NCBI GenBank assembly: GCA_041486265.1
Contig: JBGPLF010000002.1
Span: 1-41,990 of the forward strand
DNA from: a bacterium
GTDB taxonomy: Bacteria; Sysuimicrobiota; Sysuimicrobiia; Sysuimicrobiales; Humicultoraceae
Length of the DNA: 41,990 nt
Direction: 5' to 3'
Shown here: piece by piece, positions 17,547 to 24,872 of the stretch
How positions within the stretch are numbered: position 1 is the stretch's first letter
Layout of the letters: every line of letters starts with the position of its first letter
The notes under the pieces: model-generated
Told to the model about the DNA's origin: nothing
Seen by the model: the letters and a program-made list of their open reading frames with translations, nothing else
Databases searched by the model: none
Made by a program: the position numbers and the translations under genes

Positions 17547-18841
17547 CCGACGCCGCTCCAGCCCTGGCGGGCCCCGCTCCTGAGGCGGCCGTTCGCGCCG
17601 CACGGGCGATGTCTGTCATCCCCGAGGTCGAGGCGTGTATCCACTGCGGGCTGTGCCTCAACCAATGTCCCACCTATCGGGTCACGCACCTGGAGGCCGA
17701 GTCGCCGCGCGGCCGCATCTATCTGGTTGAGGCCGCGTCCACGGGCCGGCTGGAGTTGACCCCGAGCGTGGCTGATCATCTGTACCTGTGCCTGATGTGC
17801 CGTGCTTGTGAGACGGCGTGCCCGTCGGGTGTGCAGTACGGCCGGATCGCCGAGGCGGCGAGAGAGGTGTTGGGACCGCCGGGGCCGCCGGTGACGCGGG
17901 CCATCACGCGGTTCGCCTTGCGCCGCCTGATGCCGTTTCCTTCACGGCTGCGGCTGGCCGCGGGCCTCATCCGCATCTACCAGCAGATCGGGCTCGCGGC
18001 CCTGGCCGCGCGCATCCTGCCGCCGGGGCTGCGCCGGCGCGCGGCGCTGCTGCCCCCGGCGTCGCCGCGCTTCTACAGACCGGAGGCCGAGGTGCTCCCG
18101 GCAGTTGGCGAGCGGCGCGCGCGAGTGGCGTTCCTGTCCGGCTGCGCGATGAGCCTGTTCTTCGCCGAGATCAACGAGGCCACGGTCCGCGTGCTGCGGC
18201 GGAATGGCTGCGAGGTCGTCATCCCCCAACGACAGGCGTGCTGCGGCGCGCTGAACTCCCACAACGGCGAGACCGCCACCGCGCGTGAGATGGCCCGCCG
18301 CGACATCGAGGCATTCCCCGACGATGCGGATGTGATCCTTACCAACGCCGCCGGCTGCGGCGCCGCGATGAAAGAATACGGGCACCTGCTCAAGGACGAT
18401 CCTGAATATGCCGAGCGCGCCGCGCACTTTGCGGCGAGGGTCCGCGACACGGGCGAGTTCCTGGCGCAGTTGGGCCCTCGGAACGAGGCGAAGGCCACGC
18501 CGCTGGCCGTCACCTATCAGGACCCGTGCCATCTGGCGCACGGCCAAAAGATACGCGCCGAACCCCGCAGGCTGCTTGCCTCGATCCCTGAGGTGACCCT
18601 CAAAGAGATGGAAGCCTCAGACCGCTGCTGCGGCAGCGCGGGGATCTACAATATCCTGCAGCCCGAGATGGCCGAGACGCTGTTGCGCGAAAAGATGGAA
18701 GCGATCCGCGCGACCGGCGCATCGGTCGTGGTGGCGCCCAATCCCGGCTGCATGATGCAGTTGCGTTACGGGGCGAAGCGGTTCGACGTCCCCGTGCGGG
18801 TGATGCATCTCATGGACCTGCTCGACGAGGCGGGCGTATGA
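17543..18841 (+). CDS. glcF: Glycolate oxidase iron-sulfur subunit GlcF ((Fe-S)-binding protein with CCG domains)
   Basis: Two ferredoxin-type clusters (CIHCGLCLNQCP, CLMCRACETACP) and two Cys-rich CCG regions. TTG start overlaps the glcD stop. An alternative ATG start lies at 17609. Confidence 0.85.
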   Translation: MTDAAPALAGPAPEAAVRAARAMSVIPEVEACIHCGLCLNQCPTYRVTHLEAESPRGRIYLVEAASTGRLELTPSVADHLYLCLMCRACETACPSGVQYGRIAEAAREVLGPPGPPVTRAITRFALRRLMPFPSRLRLAAGLIRIYQQIGLAALAARILPPGLRRRAALLPPASPRFYRPEAEVLPAVGERRARVAFLSGCAMSLFFAEINEATVRVLRRNGCEVVIPQRQACCGALNSHNGETATAREMARRDIEAFPDDADVILTNAAGCGAAMKEYGHLLKDDPEYAERAAHFAARVRDTGEFLAQLGPRNEAKATPLAVTYQDPCHLAHGQKIRAEPRRLLASIPEVTLKEMEASDRCCGSAGIYNILQPEMAETLLREKMEAIRATGASVVVAPNPGCMMQLRYGAKRFDVPVRVMHLMDLLDEAGV

Positions 18842-18875
18842 TCTCGACGAACGCTCGTTTCGTTGAGGCGCTCAC

Positions 18876-20204
18876 ATGATCGCCGATCCCGCGGCGCTGT
18901 CGGCCCGCTTCGAGACCTTGCTGGGATCCGGCCGTGTCACGGTGACCAATCTGTCCCGCTGGGCGATAGAGGGCGTGGCCCCGCGGGTCGTCGTCCGGCC
19001 CGGGGATGCCGAGCAGATCGGCGCCGTGCTCCGCTTGTGCGGGGAGAAGGGCGCGGCGGTCGTGCCCTGGGGCGGTGGCACCGCCATGGAGGTCGGCAAC
19101 CCGCCGCGCGCCGCGGATGTAGTCCTGCTGACCGACCGGTTGTCGCGCGTGGTCGATCACGATCATTCGAACCTGACCATCACGGTCCAGGCCGGCATCA
19201 CGCTGGGGGATCTGGATCGCGGGCTGGCCGAGCACCGGCAGTTCCTCCCGCTCGAGCCGCCGCGCGCCGAGCTGGCCACCGCCGGCGGCGCCGTGGCGGA
19301 GAACCTCAGTGGTCCGCGCCGCATGCTCTACGGAGGCGCCCGCGATCTCGTAATCGGAATGCGGGTCGTGCAGGCGCACGGCGCGCTCATCAAGATGGGC
19401 GGCAAGACGGTGAAGAATGTCGCCGGCTACGACATGGCCAAACTCTTCGTGGGATCGCTGGGCACGCTCGGCGTCATCACGGAGGTGACCTTCAAGGTCT
19501 ATCCTCTGCCGGAAACCTCGCGGACGGTGGCGGTGTGGGGCGCCGAGGCCTCGGCGCTAATGGCGCTTGCCGGCAAAGTGCTGGCATCACCGCTGCTGCC
19601 GGCGGCCGTCACCATGGTGAACCGTGCAGCGGCCGCCGCAGTCGGACGTGACGCCCCAGGCCTGCTGGTGCGGGCCCAGGGCGTCGAGGCCGCCGTGGAT
19701 CGCCACGAGCGCGACATCAAAGAATGGGCGGCGGCGTCAGGACTCGCGACCCCGTTGGGTGCTGCAGCGCCGTCGGGGCTCGAGGTCGAGATGGTCGCCG
19801 GCGACGCCGAGGCTGCGCTCTGGCGGGCGATCCGCGACGCTGGGTGGAACGGGCAGCGCGCCGCGGTACGCCTCGATGTTCCATCGGGTGAAGTCTCCGC
19901 CGTGCTCGAACTGCTGCCGGCCGTGGTTCCCACGTCCGCGGGCGTCATGGCCCACCTTGCAACCGGCACCATCTGGATAGCAGCGGAGGCGGCCGCTCTG
20001 ACCCCGTCGATGCTGACCGCGCTGCGCGACCTGGCCGCCGGCCGTTCCGGAAATCTCTTGATCGCGCGCGCGCGGCGCAGCCTCAAGGCTGAGGGCGACG
20101 TCTGGCATCCCCTGCCGCGGGCGTTAGAGGTCATGCGGGCGTTGAAGCAATCGTTCGATCCTCAGAACATCCTCAATCCGGGACGCTTCGTGGCGGGGCT
20201 GTGA
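18876..20204 (+). CDS. glcE: Glycolate oxidase FAD-binding subunit GlcE
   Basis: 442-aa FAD-binding PCMH domain (VVPWGGGTAMEVG, KNVAGYDMAKLFVGSLGTLGVITE). C-terminus FDPQNILNPGRF. Confidence 0.85.
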   Translation: MIADPAALSARFETLLGSGRVTVTNLSRWAIEGVAPRVVVRPGDAEQIGAVLRLCGEKGAAVVPWGGGTAMEVGNPPRAADVVLLTDRLSRVVDHDHSNLTITVQAGITLGDLDRGLAEHRQFLPLEPPRAELATAGGAVAENLSGPRRMLYGGARDLVIGMRVVQAHGALIKMGGKTVKNVAGYDMAKLFVGSLGTLGVITEVTFKVYPLPETSRTVAVWGAEASALMALAGKVLASPLLPAAVTMVNRAAAAAVGRDAPGLLVRAQGVEAAVDRHERDIKEWAAASGLATPLGAAAPSGLEVEMVAGDAEAALWRAIRDAGWNGQRAAVRLDVPSGEVSAVLELLPAVVPTSAGVMAHLATGTIWIAAEAAALTPSMLTALRDLAAGRSGNLLIARARRSLKAEGDVWHPLPRALEVMRALKQSFDPQNILNPGRFVAGL

Positions 20205-20250
20205 GGCGCGTGCCCGTCGGATTTGCGCTCACGGTAGTGATGCTCGCCTG

Positions 20251-22380
20251 ATGGTGCGCCTCACCCTCGGCCTGGCCTTTCACAATCACCAGCCGGTCGG
20301 TAACTTCCCGACGGTCTTCGAGCAGGCGTACCGGCAGGCCTACGAGCCGATGGTCGCCGCGCTGGAGCGGCATCCCGCCATCCGCGTCGCGCTCCACTAC
20401 TCCGGACCGCTGCTCGACTGGCTGCAGCAGGCGCACCCCGATCTGATTGCGCGGATCCGCGCGCTGGTCGCGCGCGGGCAGGTCGAGATCATGACCGGCG
20501 GCTACTACGAACCGATCCTGCCGGCGATTCCTGATCGCGACAAGCACGCGCAGATTCTGAAGATGACCAGGGCCGTGAAGAGACTCTTCGACCACGATGC
20601 CACTGGTCTGTGGCTTGCCGAGCGCGTGTGGGAGCCGCATCTGCCCAAGGCGCTCGCCGCGTCAGGCGTGGCCTACACGATCGTTGACGACACCCACTTC
20701 CTGCACGTTGGGCGCGCAGAATCCGAGCTGATCGGTCACTTCACGACCGAAGAGGACGGCGCGACGCTCGGCATCTTCCCGAGCGTCAAGGCGCTGCGCT
20801 ATCGCATCCCCTGGGCGACGGTCGACACCCTGATGGGCTGGCTGCGCACGCAGGCCGCCGGCGAAGATCGCATCCTGGTCATGGGTGATGACGGCGAGAA
20901 GTTCGGGCTGTGGCCCGGCACGAAGGTGCTGTGCTGGGATCGCGGATGGGTCGAGAACTTCTTCACCTCTCTTGAGGCGGCGGGCGACTGGCTGACAGTC
21001 ATGCCTCCGGGCGAATGGTTCCGGGCCCATCCGTCGCGCGGCCGGACCTATCTCCCGACCGCATCGTATGACGAGATGACCGAATGGGCGCTGCCCGCCG
21101 CGGCGGCCGCGAAGCTCCCCGCGCTCAAACACGCACTGGAAGAGGAGGGCCGGACCGACATTCTGCCGTTCCTCCAGGGTGGCTTCTGGCGGCACTTCAT
21201 GGTCAAGTATCCCGAGATCAATACCCTGCACAAGACGATGCTGCGGGTCAGCCGCAGGGTCTGGCAGATGCGGCCCGGGCCGCGTCGGGACGAGGCGCTC
21301 GATCACCTCTGGCAGGCGCAGTGCAACTGTCCGTACTGGCATGGTGTGTTCGGCGGCATCTACCTGGGACACATCCGCTCGGCGAATTACCGCCACCTGA
21401 TCGCGGCGGAGCGCATCGCGGATAGCGGCCGGCGGCCACGGATGTGGATCGAGGCGCGGATCGACGATCTGGACGCGGACGGCCAGCCCGAGGTGCTGAT
21501 ACGCTCGGACGCTCAGGTGTTGTCGGTCGATCCTGCTGAGGGCGGCAGCGTGGTGGCATGGGATGTCCGTGAGGCCGGAGTGAACCTGGTCAACGTGATG
21601 ACCCGGCGCGCCGAAGGCTATCACGAGACGCTTCGCCAGGCCATCGCAAAGGGCGAGGCGGTGCTCGCGCGTGGCGATGAGGTCGAGACCATCCACACGG
21701 CGCGCGTGCGGGTGAAGGAGTGGGGACTCGAGCGGCATCTCGTCACCGACTGGTACCGGCGCTCGAGCTTCCTCGACCACATGGTCGAATCCGGTAGCAC
21801 ACCGGCCGCATTCACCCGCGGCGAAGTGCGGGAACTGGGTGACTTCGTGAACCAGCCCTACGAGGTGGCGATCGAGCGCGAGAGGGGTCGCGTAATGATC
21901 CGGCTGGTGCGCGATGGGCACGTCTGGATCGCCGGCGTGCACTCACCGGTCCGAGTGGAGAAGGTGCTGACGGCGCGCTCCGGCAGCACGGCGCTCGAGG
22001 TCGCTTATCGCGTGACGAACCGCAGCGACCGCGTGCTCGCGGCGAACCTGGCGGTCGAGACGAACTGGGGGGTAACGGGGCCTGACGCGACGGTGGTGAG
22101 CGCCGGCGCCTTGCAAGGCGCCGTGCACCGGGCCGCCGATCTCACGCGGCTCGAGGGTGTTGAGTCATTGACGCTGCGTGATCCAGGCTGGGGTTTTGCG
22201 CTGGACGTTACGCTGCCGACGTCTGGATTGTGGATCGTCCCGATCGAGGTGGTCTCGGCGTCTGAAGCCGGCTTTGAACGGACCTTCCAGGGCGCGTCGC
22301 TGATCGCGGTCTGGCCGCTGCGGCTCGAGCCGGGGGCAACCTGGGAGGCGAAGCTCACGGTTGCTGTAAGCTCCATGTGA
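20251..22380 (+). CDS. Glycoside hydrolase family 57 protein (4-alpha-glucanotransferase/alpha-amylase-like, with DUF1925/DUF1926-type C-terminal region)
   Basis: N-terminus LAFHNHQPVGNF and EIMTGGYYEPILP, WLAERVWEP and GDDGEKFG are GH57 signature regions. 709 aa. Confidence 0.9.
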   Translation: MVRLTLGLAFHNHQPVGNFPTVFEQAYRQAYEPMVAALERHPAIRVALHYSGPLLDWLQQAHPDLIARIRALVARGQVEIMTGGYYEPILPAIPDRDKHAQILKMTRAVKRLFDHDATGLWLAERVWEPHLPKALAASGVAYTIVDDTHFLHVGRAESELIGHFTTEEDGATLGIFPSVKALRYRIPWATVDTLMGWLRTQAAGEDRILVMGDDGEKFGLWPGTKVLCWDRGWVENFFTSLEAAGDWLTVMPPGEWFRAHPSRGRTYLPTASYDEMTEWALPAAAAAKLPALKHALEEEGRTDILPFLQGGFWRHFMVKYPEINTLHKTMLRVSRRVWQMRPGPRRDEALDHLWQAQCNCPYWHGVFGGIYLGHIRSANYRHLIAAERIADSGRRPRMWIEARIDDLDADGQPEVLIRSDAQVLSVDPAEGGSVVAWDVREAGVNLVNVMTRRAEGYHETLRQAIAKGEAVLARGDEVETIHTARVRVKEWGLERHLVTDWYRRSSFLDHMVESGSTPAAFTRGEVRELGDFVNQPYEVAIERERGRVMIRLVRDGHVWIAGVHSPVRVEKVLTARSGSTALEVAYRVTNRSDRVLAANLAVETNWGVTGPDATVVSAGALQGAVHRAADLTRLEGVESLTLRDPGWGFALDVTLPTSGLWIVPIEVVSASEAGFERTFQGASLIAVWPLRLEPGATWEAKLTVAVSSM

Positions 22381-22424
22381 CTTTCGTCCTTGAGCGGCGT
22401 CCTGGGCTCGTGCGCCCCGTCCAG

Positions 22425-22531
22425 CCCGCCTCCTTTAACTCATTCCGCCGTTCCTTTGCAACTCATCTCCTCAAGTATGGCTACGTCCATGAGTTGCTGG
22501 ACAACGAGGGCATGAACACCGTTTACACCAC
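22425..22531 (+). pseudogene. Remnant of the C-terminal catalytic region of a tyrosine recombinase/integrase
   Basis: FNSFRRSFATHLLKYGY-VHELLDNEGMNTVYTT resembles the R-H-x-x-R...LLGH...TxxYTH box of XerC/phage integrases, with an internal deletion and substitutions. No N-terminal part is present. It abuts the GH57 stop. Confidence 0.45.
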
Positions 22532-22792
22532 ATCCAAACGACGGAGGTTCGGTATCTCCCGTTTGACGAGGTCGATGCCTCCTTCGCGTACGATGGCGGC
22601 GAAGACGACCGGGCGCTGGAGAGCTGGAGGAAGATGTACTGGTCCCACATAACTTCGGAGTGCACCCGTATCGGGCAAACACCCACACCCAAGGCGCTTT
22701 TTGTCTGCGAGCGCTTTCGTGTGGTCTATAAGGAGCCGTACGGTGGTGCGGCCCAACCAAGCGCCGCACCGGACGCGCTACGCTGCCGTTGA
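22532..22792 (+). pseudogene. C-terminal fragment of an ASCH domain protein
   Basis: IQTTEVRYLPFDEVDASFAYDGGEDDRALESWRKMYWSHITSECTRIGQTPTPKALFVCERFRVVYKE matches my recollection of the C-terminal half of ASCH (PF04266) proteins. The frame is closed by TGA at 22490-22492, so the N-terminal half is absent. Confidence 0.55.
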
Positions 22793-22812
22793 GGGAATCA
22801 CCGGTGCCCGAG

Positions 22813-23388
22813 ATGACGCGAGGCAAGAAGGTCTACGAGCTCAAGATCTCGCTGCGGGAGTCGCAGCCGCTGATTTGGCGCCGGTTCCAGGTGCTGAACG
22901 ACATCACCTTGTTTCGATTCCACAACATCCTGCAGCTCGTCATGGGCTGGACGAATAGCCATCTTCACCAGTTCTTGGTTGGGCAGACGTACTACGGGGA
23001 GCCCGACCCCGACTATGGCGCCGACTGCGAAGATGACCGGCGTGTTCGCCTGTCGCGGGTCTTGCACAAGCCTCAGGACGCGATGGTGTACGAATACGAC
23101 TTTGGCGACGGTTGGGAGCACGATATCGTTCTGGAACGGATCGTCGATCCTGACCCAGGGGCCCAATATCCGTTCATCCTGGAAGCTGAAGGGGCCTGTC
23201 CGCCTGAGGATGTCGGCGGCATCGGAGGCTACTACGAGTTCCTGCGGGCCCTCGCCAACCCGAGGCATCCTCAGCATCGCGACATGAAGGCCTGGTGGGG
23301 TGGTCCCTTCGACCCCAAGCTCTACGACATCCGGGCGCGGAACGAGGCACTTGTACGAAGACGCAGGGTGGGGAGACCAGATGCATAA
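22813..23388 (+). CDS. pRiA4b ORF-3-like family protein (PF07929; IS1096 TnpR-passenger-like)
   Basis: YELKISLRESQPLIWRRFQV...TLFRFHNILQLVMGWTNSHLHQF...YEYDFGDGWEHDIVLE...CPPEDVGGIGGY is the canonical motif series of this family. An alternative TTG start lies at 22789. Confidence 0.85.
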   Translation: MTRGKKVYELKISLRESQPLIWRRFQVLNDITLFRFHNILQLVMGWTNSHLHQFLVGQTYYGEPDPDYGADCEDDRRVRLSRVLHKPQDAMVYEYDFGDGWEHDIVLERIVDPDPGAQYPFILEAEGACPPEDVGGIGGYYEFLRALANPRHPQHRDMKAWWGGPFDPKLYDIRARNEALVRRRRVGRPDA

Positions 23389-23497
23389 CCACGACGTGCA
23401 CCCGACCCTGGACGCGCCTCCCGGGCGAACGTGCGACCTTTTCTCCAGAGTGGTGCGGGAGTGACTCTTTGGGCCGTTCGGCAGAAGGAGGCGCATC

Positions 23498-23650
23498 GTG
23501 TTTGAGAAGCGTGCTTCACTGCTGTATGCTCTGGCTCTATTCATCCTGACGAGCTTCCTGCTAGTGGGGCCGTGGGCCGCGCTCAACGGACTGGCGACGA
23601 GTGTCACTGACGGCGGGCGGCTCACCTCAGGAAAGGAGAGCATCTCGTGA
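23498..23650 (+). CDS. Small (50 aa) single-TM protein, unannotated in the ORF track
   Basis: GTG 23498 is preceded by the strong SD GAAGGAGG (7-nt spacer). Translation is MFEKRASLLYALALFILTSFLLVGPWAALNGLATSVTDGGRLTSGKESIS. Its stop overlaps the GTG start of the next gene (GTGA at 23647-23650). Confidence 0.4.
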   Translation: MFEKRASLLYALALFILTSFLLVGPWAALNGLATSVTDGGRLTSGKESIS

Positions 23651-24066
23651 GAAAGTTCCTCTTCAAACTCGTTACAGCGATCCACGTTCTTGTGTATCGG
23701 CTAACCGGGGGAAAGTTCGGCAGTGAAATGCGGGGGTTCCACATGCTATTGTTGACTACGACCGGACGGAAAACAGGAAAGAAGCGAACGACACCGTTGG
23801 GATACTTCGAGCATGACGGCGGCTACATCGTCATCGGCTCAAACGCGGGATTGGACACTCACCCGGCCTGGTTTCACAACCTGAAGAGCCAGCCGCGCGC
23901 CACCATTCAGGTCAAAGGCAGGCAGCTTGAGGTGAGTGCGGAGACTGCCGATCCGGGTAAGCGTAGTCAACTCTGGGCTCGGCTGGTGGAGGTGGCCCCA
24001 GGCTACGCTGATTACGCGAAGCAGACCAACCGCGAGATCCCGCTGGTGATTTTGCGCCCAGCGTGA
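23647..24066 (+). CDS. Deazaflavin (F420)-dependent nitroreductase family protein (DUF385/Ddn-like)
   Basis: HVLVYRLTGGKFG...LLLTTTGRKTGKKRTTPLGY...GGYIVIGSNAG...HPAWFHNLKSQP...IPLVILRP is the PF04075 pattern. Confidence 0.9.
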   Translation: MRKFLFKLVTAIHVLVYRLTGGKFGSEMRGFHMLLLTTTGRKTGKKRTTPLGYFEHDGGYIVIGSNAGLDTHPAWFHNLKSQPRATIQVKGRQLEVSAETADPGKRSQLWARLVEVAPGYADYAKQTNREIPLVILRPA

Positions 24067-24208
24067 TTCGGGAGATTCTCCGATACGATCAAACTCTGGA
24101 TACACCGGTCAGCCATTCCGTGAGGCAACCGCCGACCGATCACCTGGAGCTGAGGCACGATCAAGATTGGTCGCACGCTTACACTTAGTTCGCAACCTTG
24201 TGGGGGCC

Positions 24209-24237
24209 TTGCCGATCCCTTCGAGGATCGATAGAAT
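24209..24237 (+). promoter_or_regulatory. Candidate sigma-70-type promoter of vapBC (TTGCCG-17 nt-TAGAAT)
   Basis: TTGCCG at 24209-24214, a 17-nt spacer, then TAGAAT at 24232-24237, 38 nt upstream of the vapB ATG. Confidence 0.4.
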
Positions 24238-24254
24238 CAATGTAATACGAAAAG

Positions 24255-24266
24255 CCGATCGATCGG
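24255..24266. promoter_or_regulatory. Perfect 12-bp palindrome CCGATCGATCGG between the -10 and the vapB start (candidate antitoxin operator)
   Basis: Read directly. It sits 9 nt before ATG 24275 and downstream of the putative -10. Confidence 0.35.
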
Positions 24267-24274
24267 AGCTGCCG

Positions 24275-24481
24275 ATGGAAACCGTAACAATCTCGCCGAA
24301 ATTCCAGGTGGTGATCCCAAAGGACATCCGCGACAAGCTGAAGCTCAGGCCCGGCCAAAAGGTCCAAGCCATCCTCTACCAAGACCGTATCGAGCTCGTG
24401 CCCGTGCGGCCGGTTCGAGAGATGAAGGGCTTCCTCAAGGGTCTGGACACCGACGTGCCGCGTGAAGGGGACCGCGTGTGA
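24275..24481 (+). CDS. vapB: AbrB/SpoVT-type antitoxin (VapB)
   Basis: ORF 24167..24481 trimmed to METVTISPKFQVVIPKDIRDKLKLRPGQKV (swapped-hairpin AbrB motif). GTGA overlap with vapC. Confidence 0.85.
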   Translation: METVTISPKFQVVIPKDIRDKLKLRPGQKVQAILYQDRIELVPVRPVREMKGFLKGLDTDVPREGDRV

Positions 24482-24870
24482 ACGTTGTAGATTCGTCAGG
24501 GTGGCTCGAGTACTTCGCTAATGGCCCGAATGCCAAGTTTTTCACGAAAGCCATCGAGGCACCCACAGACCTCCTGGTCCCAACTCTGAGCCTCTACGAG
24601 GTCTTCAAGCGGGTCCTTCAGCAGCGAGGCGAGGGCAAGGCCCTTCAGGCCGTTGCGGTCATGCAGCAAAGCGCAGTTGTTGCACTCACCGGGCCGCTCG
24701 CGTTGGCAGCTGCTCGCGTCAGTGTTGACCTGGGCATTCCGACGGCGGACAGCATCATCCTGGCAACCGCGCGCGCCGCCGACGCGACCCTGTGGACTCA
24801 AGACGCAGACTTCGCCAACGTACCAGGGGTCCGATACAATGCCAAGCGCGATAGCGGCAAAGCGGACTAA
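24478..24870 (+). CDS. vapC: PIN-domain ribonuclease toxin (VapC)
   Basis: VVDSSGWLEYF..., LYEV, ADSIILATA and WTQDADF supply the acidic PIN residues. 130 aa. Confidence 0.9.
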   Translation: MNVVDSSGWLEYFANGPNAKFFTKAIEAPTDLLVPTLSLYEVFKRVLQQRGEGKALQAVAVMQQSAVVALTGPLALAAARVSVDLGIPTADSIILATARAADATLWTQDADFANVPGVRYNAKRDSGKAD

Positions 24871-24872
24871 CC

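Noticed and set aside
20662-21942. 426-aa antisense ORF inside the GH57 gene
   Set aside because: Low-complexity Arg/His/Pro-rich translation opposite a gene with clear GH57 motifs. High-GC artefact.
22377-22652. 91-aa ORF as an intact small gene
   Set aside because: Its only meaningful similarity is a degraded integrase C-terminal box. The start is just the Met codon within the end of the GH57 gene. Treated as a pseudogene remnant instead.
22523-22756. 77-aa minus-strand ORF in the junction region
   Set aside because: It is antisense to the ASCH-like fragment, which has the recognizable sequence. No motifs or RBS.
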